The notes below the pieces were generated by a model. It did no database searches and was not told where the DNA came from. It was given only the letters and a program-made list of their open reading frames with translations. This document shows, in pieces, positions 12,546 to 27,688 of a stretch of DNA of 64,000 nucleotides. The stretch's first letter is position 1. Every line of letters starts with the position of its first letter. Where the stretch lies: the NCBI RefSeq assembly GCF_009914755.1, contig NC_060930.1, one strand, 5' to 3'. Position numbers and translations under genes: made by a program. The stretch is from the human T2T-CHM13v2.0 reference genome, Homo sapiens.

Positions 12546-13891
12546 ATGATGAGTCCCCAGGCTGGCTGCAGGTTCTTTGTAGGGTAAAACTGGGTCTAAG
12601 AGCTCTTTGCACCTCTCAGAAGATACTAAGAATTCAATGAGATTTACTGGACCGATTAACTAACAAATGAATACATTCTTTTTTAACACAATGCCATGCA
12701 GAGTTTGAAACAACACTGTCAGTAACCCCTCTAAGTAACTAAGGCTGAATATGGAATGAATAGGAAAACATTTAGTCCTTGTTTTAAATATCAAGTGATT
12801 GTTTTCTGCATCAAATTTAGAATTCCGGTTTTGCCAAACACATCTCAGAGAAACAGGCTGGCCCCTGAGCCAGACAGCAGTTGTAAACATCTCTTCTTCC
12901 TGTTTAGAGACAGTACTGAATTCCAGAGCTGGACCTGTGAAATACCAGCGCTCCTCTCCCTCTAGGGCTTAGAAACGAATCCCTGAGGGTGTTTGTGTGT
13001 TTAGACTTCAGTGATGCCCAGTGCTGGTTGAGTGGTTAGCTCACCACACAAACCACCAGGAAAGGGGTTCAAAACAAGACAGATGGGACTTAGAGCAAAG
13101 GGAACACAATTACTCAACGGTCCAGAATCTCAATCCTAGAAGCCAAGTTATGGTTAGCCACATTGCTTCATTATTGACCTTGTTTTTTGGTACATATATT
13201 CTTTCTTGTACACTGTGTCTTTTTCTTTTTCTAATCAGCCTTCTTCCCACCAACATGGATTGTGCTGAAAGATGGCAAATACTTGTATGCTGACAGTTTT
13301 CTACAGCTTAAGACCCGGTTCTTGATGGGAGAAAAATAAACATCATCAGCTGCTTCCTTCCTAATAACCATACTATTTTAAGGGAACTTGAGATTTTGTT
13401 TATAAACTACACTGATGGTTATGTAACCAATGAGATCTATATTTCTGGCACATTTCCTTTCATACAGACTCAATTAAAATTTTCAGCCCTCATAGTAATC
13501 TTTACATTTTGTGGTTTACTTGACAACCTGGTGAACCTTGACATTTACCTGAAAGTCAGATATGCGTTTTAAGGTATCAGGAGAAAAAGAGTTTTCTTCT
13601 GAGGTAAAGGAGGCAGTGTGAGGTTGGTTTCCTGTCTTCAATTAGCATTAGATCATAGGTTTCTCGGCTGGGGGTCCCATGACATCAGGTGGCCAGAGAG
13701 ATGGAGGAATAGCAGCTCATGAATCACCTGACAGCAGGGGGGATATGGAACAATTCTTTCAAGTCTAGCTGGGACTGTTAACACCCATGCCAGGAAGAGC
13801 TGTGTCAGTCTTCTGTAGCCCTGAGCTGGGCAAGGCAGTGGATTTCTGGAGAGGCCTCTCTTTGCATGCCTCAATAATAAAAGACTATCTT

Positions 13892-14292
13892 TGTCTTAGT
13901 TTGTTTTCTATTGCTATAACTGAATGCCACAGACCGGGTAATTTATTTTATTTTATTTTTAAAAGATGTTTATTTGGCTCATGGTTTGGAGACTGGGAAG
14001 TCCAAGGGCATGTCCACAGCTTTTGGAAATGGATTTCATGCTGCTGTACGTGGTAGAAAAGCAGCAGGCAGACGTGAGCACAAGCGACCGCAAGAATGAG
14101 CTGAGCTTGCCTTTAGAACAACACACTCTGATGAGAACTAACGCGTTCCCGTGATAATGGCATGAAGCCATTTGTAGGGCTCTGCCCTCACAGCCCAATC
14201 ACCCCTGCAAGGCTCCACCTCTTCCTACTGTTACATTGGCAGTTAAGTTTCTAACACATGAACTTTTGGGAGCACACATTCGAACCATAGCC
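13892..14292 (-). mobile_element. MaLR solo LTR (MST/MLT1A class)
   Basis: TGTCTTAGTTTG...GCTATAAC start, ...CACATTCGAACCATAGC end; ATCTT flanks both sides. Confidence 0.85.
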
Positions 14293-14473
14293 CATCTTAG
14301 GTCTCTAATTACACAGTGCGATCAGCCATGACTAGAGCCCTGCTAACTGATCACAGGTTTGATGAAATAAAGAAAGAGCAGTTTTGTGGTTTATTGTGAT
14401 CCAGTCCATGGCATCCAGGTGAGAAATTCGTCAGTTCTGCACCATGCATTTATTTCTCTGTTAGTAAAAACTG

Positions 14474-14849
14474 CATTACAGACTGAATTTTTGTGTCCTC
14501 CCAAAATTTATATGTTTATGCCCTAATCTCCAATGTGATAATATTTGGAGATGGGACCTTTGGGAGGTGATTAGGTTTGGATGAGGTCATGAGGATGGTG
14601 CCGCCATGATGGGAATAGTACCCTTAGGGAAAGAAGAAAAGAGCAGAGCCTTTGCTCTCTCCTCCATGTAAAGATGCAGCAAAAAGACAGTCATCTGCCA
14701 ACCAAGAAGCAAGCCCTTACCAGGCACTGAATCTGCTGGCACCTTGATCTTAGACTTCCCAGCCTCCAGATCTGCAAAAAATCAATTTCTGTTATTTAAG
14801 CCACCCAGTCTATGGTATTGTGTTACGCAAACCTAATCCGATTAAGACG
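14474..14849 (+). mobile_element. MLT1A-type MaLR solo LTR
   Basis: GACTGAATTTTTGTGTCCTCCCAAAATTTATATG...GCACCTTGATCTTAGACTTCCCAGCCTCCAG...TTAAGCCACCCAGTCTATGG. Confidence 0.88.
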
Positions 14850-15090
14850 AGCTATTTGGACCCATTGAAAAGGAAAGGGCTCATAGCCAACTCTTTTAAA
14901 AACCTTCCTCTCTTGTCTCCTTATTCACTTTTATGCACTTAAAATTTCTAGTATTTAATCAGCATCTTTTTATGCACGCTGCTATTCTCTTTCTATCTGT
15001 TCCAGTATCCTTTTCACCCTCCTGCCCATTTCCCCTTTTAGGTCATTGCCTGGCTACCTCTTACTGCATGTGCATCAAGACTCAGCTCAG

Positions 15091-15512
<422 letters not shown>

Positions 15513-18344
15513 CTATTCTCCTGTGCTTTATTTTTCACTCCCTCTCACTAGACTGTGGATTTCTCATTGAAGGCGGGAGTATGTGCCGAGCTCCAAGAGT
15601 AGAATCTTGAGCAGCAGGCATAAAAAAGTGTTTACCGAATAAAATGTGTGTGTCAGTGAAGCCCTTGGAACAGAGATCTTAGGTCATCAACACAAAGGGA
15701 TGTCATTGTGCAAGAAAGGACCAGGGGGAACAAATGCCGGGCAAGGGCCACGGAGCAGATTAGAGTACAGCACAGATGTTCAAGTCAAAGTGGGGCCCCA
15801 AATGTTTCTAGAACCGTTGAGATAAAGGCAATGAAGTAACAGAGGAGTTTGGAATGGAACTGATTTTAGAAGCCCAGAGTGCAGAATCTCAGGAGGAGAT
15901 GAATTTCAATATGGAGCATCAGAGACTGTGGAATATTTATCTATCTGAACAACAGCTCTTTCATGGGCTGAGTTGTGTCCTTGAGAAAGTTGAGCTGCTC
16001 TCAAGTCAAGCTCTTCTCAGACTTTAAGTTGGAAGATAAGAGAGGTATGGGGAGAAAAATGAGAGGCTGGAATTGGCACACACCAGAATTTTGCCTGGGC
16101 ATTTACCATCCCCAGTCTCTCCTCCCCCCAAATCATGAAGCCTCTTTCTCTTCCGGGTTTGGGTGCCCCAGCAAGACTCCCAGATTCAAGAAGGCCATTC
16201 GTGTCTAACACATCTGCCAACAGGGAATGAGAACACCATATCCTCGCCCTGGTCACGCCCCTCCCTACTTGGGGTTTAGCTAGCCCACAGTTTCATGGGA
16301 AACTCTTGTTTCTTAGGATCTAAAGGTTAACTTGAAATTCGTTTCTGATGAAAAACGTAAGAAAACTTTGGAAAGCTGAGCTTGGGTGTTTTACCTTAGG
16401 TTAGCTTCCAAGTCCAGAAACTCTGCAAACTGTAAAAACTGTAGTGATGGATTTATGTGGTTCCCTGACCAATACAGATATTTGTAATAATAATAATAGA
16501 GGAAAAGATAGCACAGCCTCAGAATTTTTTCCCTTTACTCAGCTGAAAATTAAACCAGACAGGCAATTACTAAGGTTTTGCCATAATATGTAATATGTGT
16601 ACACCGCATTTATGGCACATTACATCTTACATGGTTATTATTCTGCATTCTTCATCCAATCATCTTATTCCTTCTGGTATTTTTATGTGGTGAATGACTA
16701 CAAGCTGAAAGTCAAGTGAGAAAGGCACTGGTACTGCAATAAAACACTGACTCAATAAAGAAGGGGCTATTTAAAATGTGACCACCACTACAGTGGACCA
16801 CAATTGGGGATGTTGACAGTGAATTCTTGAAGACTGGAAAAGTACTAAGGTATTAAAGCACCATCTGTAATACTATTTTTACTGCTGTGACTCATTCTGT
16901 AATTCATTCTACTATCATGCCACAATTATAACTCATTCCTCTTTCTCAAACATCAAGATTCAATAGCTTTTTGAGTGCTTTTGTAATGCTCTCTGCACTT
17001 AACTAGAAAAAAAATCAAAAGAAGAGAATTTCATGTTAAAATAGAAATGTGATATTTAAAAAAATTTTTTTTTTAGATCTTGGAGAATGCTATTGTATAT
17101 TCTGACCTATTATTAGAGGAAAAGGAAACAGTTCTATTAATACTAAGTATAAACTCAGATCTATTTGGAAAGCGCTTTCAACTGATTTTCTAAGTTGTGA
17201 GTCACTAGCTGTTTTTGGTGTTTGGTGTCATTTACTGGGAACTAAATTGAATCCTATTTTGGGTGTATCAGCAAAGATATAATGGATTATAGTAAGTCAG
17301 GCTTCTGTTCAGAATTTTTTTGTTCTGTTTCAAACAGTGTTTGGTCTATCTTTTCTTTCTTTCTCAATTCCCTAACTTCCTGTATCTTTTCTTTGGGAGC
17401 TAATGTTTTGTTTTCTTTCATTCATTTCTTTCATACTTGTTCTAACTTCCCACTTTTCTCTTTTGGAGAATTTAAATTATCACCACTCAGCAGTCTGGAT
17501 TTTTCATTCTAAAGATAGAGCTCTGCCACTCAGCTGAGCAGGTGGAGGGTACAATTTGACTTCTTACATCTATTCTAAATAGTAGGATTTTAAGAGAGAG
17601 GTTTTATATTTTTTCCCCAATGTAAGAGAAAGTAGCCACATGAAGTATATAAGGGCCTAAGTACAACTTATTGGCATAGTAACATATATGTTATCATAAT
17701 TTATATATGTTATCTATTATAATTACATATTCAACCCTATATTCTGACTTTGAGATCTAAAAATCAGCATGTATATGTTGTGAACTATTATGTTCTGACC
17801 CACCAAAGAGTAGTAAATGACAAAGGAATCTGTTGAAATATGCAACTTTTCCATAATTACTAGGTATAGTGAACTAGTTAAACAAAAAATGTAAGATCAA
17901 TTATTTCCACTCTGTAGCTCGATGTCTAGTCCAAAGTGAGGCTCCAAAGGTCATACTGAATCAAACCACAAGAATAAACACATGATCAAAATGAAATACA
18001 TAACTGCCTGTTGGAATAGACTTCTCTGGGCTGCTTACTTCTCTCACATTTTGTGAGTATCTTTAGGGCCAGGCTCTTCTCACCCTCTGGGGCATGTTAG
18101 TTGAAGACTTATTTTTGTCAACAGATTGTAATATTCTGAAGGCAGTGATTATGTTTCCTATTGCTTAGTGTCCTCTATAGGGCTAAGTGGCAAAGCTCTA
18201 AAAGGGCAGATGACCAGGAAATGTTTGCTGAATTGGAAAAATAAAACAAAACAATTCAAAGGAGGTGCTGGTGCTTCTTTACTTTACAATCCCAGACTCA
18301 GTTATAGAATGCTGGCCATAATCTCAGCAACCCAAGCTTGCTTT

Positions 18345-18345
18345 C

Positions 18346-18381
<36 letters not shown>

Positions 18382-18675
18382 GAGACGGAGTCTTGCTCTG
18401 TCACCCAGGCTGGAGTCCAGTGGCATAATCTCAGCTCATCTCAGCTCACTGCAATCTCTGCCTCCTGGGTTCAAGCCATTCTTCTACCTCAGCCTCCCAA
18501 ATAGCTGGGATTACAGGCACGCGCCATCATGCCCAGCTAAATTTTTGCATTTTTAATAGAGATCGGGTTTTGCCATGTTGGCCAGACTGGTCTCAAACTC
18601 CTGACCTCAGATGATCCACCCGCCTCGGCCTCCAAAAGTGCTAGGATTTACAGGTGTGAGCCACTGTGCCCGGCC
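18345..18675 (-). mobile_element. AluSx/Sz-like
   Basis: Antisense dimer with (TTTTC)n tail and internal ATCTCAGCTC duplication. Confidence 0.93.
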
Positions 18676-19384
18676 CCAGGCTTTATTTCAAGAAAGCATT
18701 CTTAAGAAGCTATGAAATGCCTCTGAAAATTCCTTGCAACCTTGGAGTAACTTGATCCGGAGCCTAGACACTTGATTCTAGTCCTTGATTTTCTTATCAC
18801 TTTCTGTAAACATTGAATAAACTACTGACTCTGCATTGCCTTAGCAAACAGAGTTTGTGTACATACTGCATCATGGGGAGTTAACAAAACCAACTGAATT
18901 CACAGTGGCTGCTATGATCAGGACAACTAACGTGGTTGAACTAGAATGGATCTTAGGAAGTCACTTTTCTTTTGCCAGTAACACATGCATTCTTGTGCAT
19001 GAAGCAATGTATGGCTGACAGCCATCAACTGAATTACTCAACAGCTCCTCTTTGGTGCAATGCACTGTGTTGGACTCTGATACCCTGAATTCTTGATCCT
19101 CAAGGCATCGCCAGGACATTGGACTTTAGGTAAGTTAGGAGTTCTTCTTGGCTGTGCTTAGGCATCCAAGGAGCAGTGTGTGGAGAAGCAAAATTCAAAC
19201 AGGTGTTATAACAAGGAATTCAATTCTGTACAGCGTCAGAATCAAAGTGACTCCCACATCATGATCCAGTTTGAGCACTGCTCCTTGTGGGCTGTTTGGA
19301 TACTTCCAGGTGATACTAGAACCCCCTGTAGATTCATTGAATGGAAAGAGAAAGGAATTTAGAGATAGCCAAACCTGGCTAAAA

Positions 19385-19570
19385 ATTTTGGCTCCAACAA
19401 TTACCAACTATGTGAGATTTTGAGCAAGTTGCTTAAACTCTTTGAGCATTAGTCTCCTCATCTACAAATTGGAAATTATGAGTTGTTGTTGTTATTAGAT
19501 TAAATGGGATTATGCCAAAAAGCTTTTATTATAATTCATGCCATTTAGCAAACATCAAATAAAAGATAAC
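19385..19570 (+). mobile_element. MIR
   Basis: AACTATGTGAGATTTTGAGCAAGTTGCTTAAACTC...TCTCCTCATCTACAAATTGG core. Confidence 0.7.
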
Positions 19571-20599
19571 TTTTCCTCTTCTTCCTTTCCCTCTCCCATC
19601 TTCTCCTCCTTCTCCTTGCTCTTCTGCTCTTATTCTTATTCTTATCCCTATTCTTCTTATTCTGTGTCTATACTGGGAAAAGTACACCAGCATGGAAGGC
19701 TACATCCATCTTGCATAGAATCAGGTGTGAGGAAGACCCTAGTCCTCTTCATGGCCTTGTGTGCATGCACACACTTATATGTAAAGGCAGGAAAAGGGTT
19801 TGAGGTAGAAGGGGAAGATGGCACAGATTTTTTGAGGCAGGGATACTATCTCACGCAACACACCACCTGAATAGCCCCCTGCCCAACCAGTTAACACTCC
19901 TTGAGCAGGGAGCTGGTGATACGCTGATTTGGTCTAATTGTCATCTCTCTTCAGTCTCTTCAATTCCTGTGCCCTAGGAAGGTATGTGGAAAGAGAGAGG
20001 CAGCACTTTACTAATGGATGATTCTGCATTCTCATAAAGACCATTCTCAAGTTCACAGGCTTCAGAGGGGTGCTGCCTCCAACCACGCCTCACCCAACCC
20101 TGGTCCCCTTCTGCTCACTCCAGGGGCCCTACCAGATGAGCTTTCTGAGATCCACATGGTCCAAGGCCTTTCTCTTGGCTACTTCATATTCTAAATGCTG
20201 GGGCAAGGAACACAGTAGAAATTAAAGATGGGGAACTTGGCAGACAGGAAAAACAATTCCTGTGTACGCCAACAATTTGTAGCTAGGTCACCAAATTTGA
20301 GCTGCAAGAAAGAGGTAGATAAACACAAAACTAGACTAAGAACACATTCATCCATTTATTAATCTATTCAATTAGTTAAGATTATTATTATTTAAGTTGT
20401 TATTAATCTGTTATTTAGTTAAGATTATCATTTGGCTAAGATTGTTCGCTAAATCCCTATAATTGTAATCCCTGCTGTAACAGACACTGGGCTAAAAGCT
20501 GAGGTTGTAATGGTAAACGAATCACATAGAACACCTACACTCATGCATTTATAGTCTGGTCTGGAATCTTATGGCCTTGATGAGTAAACATCCACTTGT

Positions 20600-21170
20600 C
20601 TAATAATATTTCAGCTACTAGTGCCGTGTAACAAATTATCCCCCAAGTTAGCAGCTTACACCAACCTTTGTATGATGCTCATGGCTCTGAAGTTCAGGAA
20701 TTTGAACAGGGCACAGCATTCCCTAATGTCTGAGGCTCAGCTAGCAAGACTCAATGGCCAGGGGCTGAAATTACCTGGTGGTGTCTCTGTTCACTTGGCT
20801 GAGTTCTTGCTGGCTGTTATCTGGGAGCCCTGTTGAGTTGTTGCCAGGAATACCTACATCATGTGACCTCTCCAACAGGATAGCCTTAGGGTAACTGTGT
20901 CTCTTAGGTGGCAACTGGCTTCCCCTAGAGCAAGCATCTCAATAGAAACCGGCAAAAGATGCATGGCTTTTTCGGGCCCTGCCTCGAAGATCATTGGCCA
21001 TCACTTCTGTCACATTGTATTGGTTATTAAGGCTGAATAGACTCCAGGGAAGGAGAATTTGAGTCCTTTAACGTCTGCTGCTTGCAGCTAATAATGAAGG
21101 AGAGGCAAGGTAGGAGCACGTGGGATAGGAGATAGAGCTGTGGACATCTGTAGAAAATGCAGTCTGCAAA
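20600..21170 (-). mobile_element. Old MLT1 LTR inserted in an antisense L2 (~20345-21480)
   Basis: GTGTAACAAATTATCCCCAAGTTAGCAGC...CATCACTTCTGTCACATTGTATTGG motifs. Confidence 0.65.
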
Positions 21171-21484
21171 AATGACAAGTGTTATGGTAGGGGAAGAGAG
21201 GGGAATATATGAGGAGCCTTAGTCCTCATTGGCAAAGTCAGTTAAGAAGTTTTCAAAGAAAATGTCCACCTAGCTGAGGACCAGTGGAAATTAACCAAAC
21301 AAAAATTACATGTAACATAGTATTTTAAGCAGGTGAAACAACATGGGTGAAGGCCAAGGGTCTGTTGAGAGCCTAGGCCATATGTGGAACTGAAATAGTG
21401 TCCGTGTAGCTGCCTTATAGGGTATGAGGGTGATATGTAATCAGGGAGGGTGTGATAAAGTTGGTAGAAAGGAGTGTAGCCTAG

Positions 21485-22362
21485 TGTAGTGAATTCTTAT
21501 AATTTTATGTTGTCTCAGCATCCATTTGGAATAAAAGTTGGACTTTTTCATACCCAAAATAGGGCTTCATCACCCTTGACATGGTTTCTAGTTCTCTGTC
21601 TTCTCAACTCCTCAAAGTGGTTATTCCAGATATTTGCCTTAAATGACCACCTCCTGGTGACCCCCTCCCCATGGGTCAGCTAGATACAACCTGCTTGACT
21701 CACCCCACTGACCCCCACACCCCACATGGACTGTGCAGTGACCACCTCTCAGTCACGGCACAACCCCACAGAGCTCATATCTGCTTGCTGTAAACCCACC
21801 ACTTAGAACTCGTCATGGGAAACCTAACTGGGGAAGGCCCTGGACTCCAGTAAAGGCTTTGGCCCACAGGTGTCTCTGTGTCTTGCTCCCCATTTGCTGA
21901 TCGTGCATGGATGTCCTGGATAGCTGCCTTCTTTCCATTGGCCCTGTGAGTCATGCTGCTCTGTGCTCTCTGGGATCTGTAAGGAATACACCGCTTCTGG
22001 TAGATTGTGTGTTGTTGAGTTGCTTCCTCTGTATCTCACTTGAGAAACACACCTGAACCTAACTTCTTTCCTGGTCAGAGCTCTCTAGAGCATGGCTATC
22101 TTGGCAGGAATAAACTGGACACGAGTTAGACAAGAGCACAAGGGCATCTTCCAGAATAAATGAGTTTCCTGTTTGAGGGACACCCGGTCACAGATGGGAC
22201 ACTTAGTCATGAGGCAATGAGCCAGGATAAAGAAGTACCCTGTGAAAGGCACGTTCTAAACATGCATGGTCAAATCCCCTGGAGCCCCATCAGCACAGGG
22301 CTGGAGTTCATAGCCACTCTAGAGATAGAGACCTCATGAGTAAATTAGAGAAAAATACAACA
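21485..22362 (+). mobile_element. ERVL-class solo LTR (MER54-like)
   Basis: TGTAGTGAATTCTTATAATTTTATGTTG start, ...AAAAATACAACA end, ~880 bp; no clean TSD. Confidence 0.7.
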
Positions 22363-25085
22363 TGTTGTGTGTATATGTGTGTGTGATAAAGAAATGAAGC
22401 TAGAGGTAAACAGTGTTTACCACATCATGAAGGTTCTGGTGAAACATACTATGGAGTTTGAACAATAGTCAGTTGGGGGCAGAAAGAAAACATTTATATT
22501 TTGAAAGGATATTATAGGCAGCATACAAATGAGTACAGGATTCAAATGCAATCAACCCTTAATTTTCCAAAATTCAAACTCTGTAACAGATAAAGATACT
22601 TATCCTGGCCATGAAGAAGAAAGTGTAAGCTGCTTGTTTGTCTTCTATATTATTATTTTAAAATTTTAAATGAAAAGTCCTCTTTATTATCCTAAAGAAG
22701 TATACTTAAAGCTCAGATACTATTAAATTTCCTCCCACTCCTCAACTTATAAGATTCACATATATAAGATTTTTCTGACTCCTATGAAAAGCATTGGTAC
22801 ACCTGAAATATTGCCCTAAGGCCTTACGTTAAGTATCATTTATTGCTACTATTATTTTTCATAAATATGGAGAAAATCTTCACTCCAAGAGAAAATTTAA
22901 ATCCCCAGTCACCAGTCTCTTCTCTAGAAAGAATCAAACTTTCCTCAAGAAGCAAAGATGCTGAGTAGGAGATGCCATCATCATAAGACATTTGATGATA
23001 CTGTGGTCTGCATGGCAAACGGCCTTTTACTCTGTGAAACCATTAATTTCCTGCACTGTGGTTCTCAAGTGTTTGCCTTCTTGGAACAATGATAGGAAGT
23101 TTCCTAACATAAGAAGGACTATGACGACAGCTACATGTTGCTCCTCCTAGATTTGGAAAATGTCCCATTGTCCTTCATGCATTAGATGGATCTAAAATAA
23201 GAAGTCTAGACAGTGGAAAATGTATGTAAGACTTGAGTTTGTTCCCTATTATTTAGTATTGTCAAATGGAAGTCACTCAGTAATCTCCCCTCTAATCAAA
23301 GCAGAATTGAGGAAGTATGCAAGAGTATAAAGTACATATGTAAAAGTAAGGTCATGAATCTTAGGCAGTTTTCCTAGTTCATTGTTAGCTACTTCAAGTT
23401 TTTTTAGAAGTAGGTAAGATAAAAATTATATGGAAGTGAAAAAAATTTTATTTATCAAGTTTGAAAGCAGCTTGTTTCTAATATTCAAGACCCTTCACTG
23501 CCCAATAGACTTTGATTATAGCCGGTAAATAGTTGGTTTAGTCGGTTTGATACTTTGCCAGTTGACGTGAGGCCACACCAGTCTATTTTATCTTTTACTA
23601 TATCCCAACACAACAGGTGTTTTACACCCTTTTATTTGAAGAAACTTTGAGAAAGCTTACTATTCAGGCTTTGTTCTTCTTCTTACCCCCACTGGTAATA
23701 TCCTACATTTCAAAACGAAGTAGTAGTGTTCAACTTTGTTCTTCTTTTCTACATTTTCTTTGGATACTCTAAGTCACTTGAATTTCTGAATGAGTTTTAG
23801 AATCAGCTTTCATTTTCTGAAAAAAAGAAAAGAGATAAAAAATGCATCTGGGATTTTGATTGAGATCATATTGATTCAACAGAGAGATTTGGGGAAAATT
23901 GATGTCTTAACAATACTAAATCCTCTGACCCAGGAACAAAGTCTCTTCATTTTTTCCCCTCTAATTTCTCAGCAAAGTTGCATCATTTTCAAGGCAGATA
24001 TTTTGTCAGATTTATCCCTACTTATTTCGTTTTTTTTGCGCAATTGTAAATGATGTCATTTTTAAAGTTTTTTCCATTTCCAATTGTTCATTGCTAATTT
24101 ATAGAAATACAATTAAATTTTGTATATTGATTTTATATTCTAAAATTTGCTACCCTAACTTACTGGTTCTAGTAGTTTTTTATAGATCACACTGACTTTT
24201 AAATATAGACAATTATATTGCCTGCAAAAGAAAAATTTTTCTTCCTTTTCAATCTTGATGCCTTTTATTTTTTCCCCTTGCCCTATTATACTGGCTAGAT
24301 TCTTCAATACAATGTTGTATAGAAATGGTTGCAGCAAGCATCCTTGTCTTTTCCTTCATGTTTGGAGAAAGGATTCAGTCTTTCATCATTAAGTTTGATG
24401 TTAGTTCTAGGGGTCTTTTTTGTTGATGCCATTTATCAGGTTGAGGAGAGCCCTTTATATTCCTAGTTTGCTAAAATGTTTTAACAGGAATGGTGGTTGG
24501 ATTTGTCAGAGGCTTTTTCTGCATCTACAAAGATGATCACGATGTTTCTTTTTTTGTTTGTTATGGTGAATTACATTAATTGTGTTTAAAATGTTAAACC
24601 ACTCTTGCACTCCTGAGATAAACCTCACTAGGTCATGGTGTGTTATCGTTTTCATTTGTTGTTAGATTGACTTGTTAAATTTTTGTTTAGGATTTTTACA
24701 TTTAAGTTCATGAAAAATATTGATACGTAGTTTTCTTATCTTACAATGCTTTGTAATGTCTTTATCAAGGTAATTCCAGCTTCATAGAATGAGCTAGGAA
24801 GTGTTATCTGCTCCTCACTCTCTGGAAATGTTTGTACAGAGTTGATATTATTTCTCTCTTGACTGTTTGGTGGAATTCACCAGTGAAGCCATCTGGGTCT
24901 GTAATTTCCTTTGTGGGTTTTAAACTACAAATTTAATTTCTTTCATAGATGGGGGTCTATGCAGATTTGTTTCTTCTTGAATGGGTTGTAGTAATTTGTG
25001 CCATTTAAGAAATTTGTTTAACCTAAGCTATCACGTTTATTGACGTAAAGTTACTCCTAATATTCCTTAGTATCCTTTTAATATC

Positions 25086-25689
25086 TCATATGGTTTGGCT
25101 GTGTCCCCAACCAAATCTCATCTTGAATTGTAGCACCCATAATTCCCGCGTGTTGTGGAAGGGACCCAGAGGGAGATAATTGAATCATGGGGGTGGTCTC
25201 CCCCATACTGTTCTTGCGGTGGTAAGTCTTCTAAGATGTAATGGTTTTATAAGGGGAAACCACTTTTGCTTGGCTCACTTTTTTTTTGGCCTGCTGCCAT
25301 GTAAAATGTGCTTTTTGCCTTCTGCCAGGATTGTGAGACCTCCTCAGCCACGTGGAACTGTGAGTCTATTAAACCTCTTTTTCTTTATAAATTACCCAGT
25401 CTTGGCTGGGTGCAGTGGCTCGCGCCTGTAATCCCAACACTTTGGGAGGCCAAGGTGGGCAGATCACAAGGTCAAGAGATCAATACCAGCCTGGCCAACA
25501 TGGTGAAATCCCATCTCTACTAAAAATACAAAAATTAGCTGGGCATGGTGGCACATGCCTGTAGTCCCAGCTACTCAGGAGGCTGAGGCAGGAGAATTGC
25601 TTGAACCTGGGAGGCAGAGGTTGCAGTGAGCTGAGATTGCGCCTGCACTCCAGCCTGGGCAACAAGAGTGAAATTCTGTCTCAAAAAAA

Positions 25690-25720
<31 letters not shown>

Positions 25721-27688
25721 ATTACCCAGTCTCGAGTATGTCTTTATCAACAGTGTGAGAGCAGACTAATACAGTAACTTGGTACTGGTAGAGTGGGGTG
25801 CTGCTGTAAAGATATCAGAAAATGTGGAAGCAACTTTGGAACTGGGTAATAGGCAGAGGTTGGAAGAGTTTGTAGGGCTCAGAAGAAGATAGAAAAATGT
25901 GGGAAAGTTTGAAACTTCCTAGAGACTTGTTGAATGGCTTTGACCAAAATGCTGATAACGATATGGATGATGAAATCCAGGTTGAGGTGGTTTCAGATGG
26001 AGATGAAGAACTTCTTGGTACCTGGAGTAAAGGTAACTCTATGTTTTAGCAAAGAGACTGGCAGCATTTTGCCCCTGCCTAGAGATTTATGGAACTTTGA
26101 ACTTGAGGGAGATTATTTAGGGTATCTGATGGAAAAGATTTCTAAGCAGCAAAGCATTCAACAGGTGACTTGGGTGCTGTTAAAAACATTCACTCTTAAA
26201 AGGGAAAAAGAGCATAAAAGTTTGGAAAATTTGCAGCCTGGTGGTGCAATAGAAAAGAGAAAAACATTTTCTGAGGAGAAATTCAAGCCAGATGCAGAAA
26301 TTTGCATAAGTAATGAAGAGCCAAATGTTAATCGCCAAAACAATGGGGAAAATGTCTCCAGGGCAGGTCAGAGACCTTTATGGCAGCCACTCCTATCCAG
26401 GAGAAAGAAATGGTTTTGTGGGCCCAGGGCTCCCCTGCTCTATGGAGCCTAGGGACTTGTTGCCCTGAATCCTAGCTGCTCCAGCCATGGCTAAAAAGGG
26501 CCAAGGTACAACTCAGGCCATGGCTTTAGAAGGTGGAAGCCCAAAGCCTTGGCAGCATACACATGGTGTTGAGCTTGCAGGCACGAGGAAGTCAAGAATT
26601 GACATTTGGGAACTTCCGTCTAGATTTCAGAAGATGTATGGAAACACCTGCATGACTAAGCAGAGGTGTGCTGTAGGGGTGGAGCCCTCATGGAGAACCT
26701 CTGCTAGGGCAGTGTGGAAGGGAAATGTCAGATGTGATTCCCCACACAGAATCCCCAATGGGACACTACCTAGTGGAGCTGTGAGAATAGGGCCACCATC
26801 CTCCAGACCCCAGAATGGTAGATCCACTGACAGCTTGCACTGTGCACCTGGAAAAGCTGCAGACAATCAATGCCAGCTCCTGAGAGCAGCCAGGAGGGAG
26901 GCTGTACACTGCAAAGCCACAGGGGTGGAGCTGCCCAAGACCATGGGAACCCACTTCTTGCATCAGTGTGACCTGGATGTGAGACATGGAGTCAAAGGAG
27001 ATCATTTTGGCGCTTTAAGATTTGACTACCCCGCTTGATTTCAGACTTTCATGGGGCTTTTAGCCCCTTTGTTTTGGCCAATTTATCCAATTTGGAATGG
27101 CTGTATTTACCCAATGCCTATACCCCAGTTGTATCTAGGAAGTAACTAACTTGCTTTTGATTTTACAGGTTCATAGGTGGAAGAGACTTGCCTTGTCTCA
27201 GATGAGACTTTGGACTGTGGACTTTTGTGTTAATGCTAAAATGAGTTAAGACTTTGGGGGATGGTTGGGAAGGGATAATTGTTTTGAAATATGAGGACAT
27301 AAGATATGGGAGGGGCCAGAAGTAGAATGATATGGTTTGGCTGTGTCCCCAACCAAATCTCATATTGAATTGTAGTTCCCATAATTCCCATGTGTTGTGG
27401 GAGGGACCCAGTGGGAGATAATAGAATCATGGGGGTGGTTCCTCCATATTGTTCTCGTGGTAGTGAATAAGTCTCACAAGATCTGATGGTTTTATAAGAG
27501 CAAACCCCCTTTTGCTTGGCTTGCATTCTCTTTTTGCCTGCTGCCATGTAAGATGCGCTTGTTGCCTTCCACCATGATTGTGAGGCCTCCCCAGCCACAT
27601 GGAACTGAGTCCATTAAACTTCTTTTTCTTTATAATTTACCCAGGCTCAGGTCTGTCTTTATCAGCAGTGGGAAAACAGACTAAGACA
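25086..27688 (+). mobile_element. Full-length THE1 (B/C-like) MaLR provirus: LTR 25086-25773, internal 25774-27327, LTR 27328-27688
   Basis: Two LTRs starting T(G/C)ATATGGTTTGGCTGTGTCCCC; ~1.55 kb internal region; 5-bp TSD ATATC at 25081-25085 and 27689-27693. Confidence 0.96.
25404..25717 (+). mobile_element. AluS inside the THE1 5' LTR, (AAAT)n tail
   Basis: TSD TAAATTACCCAGTCT duplicated from LTR sequence on both sides. Confidence 0.95.

Noticed and set aside
25934-27038. 172 and 183 aa ORFs as a cellular gene
   Set aside because: Residual THE1 internal sequence, frameshifted
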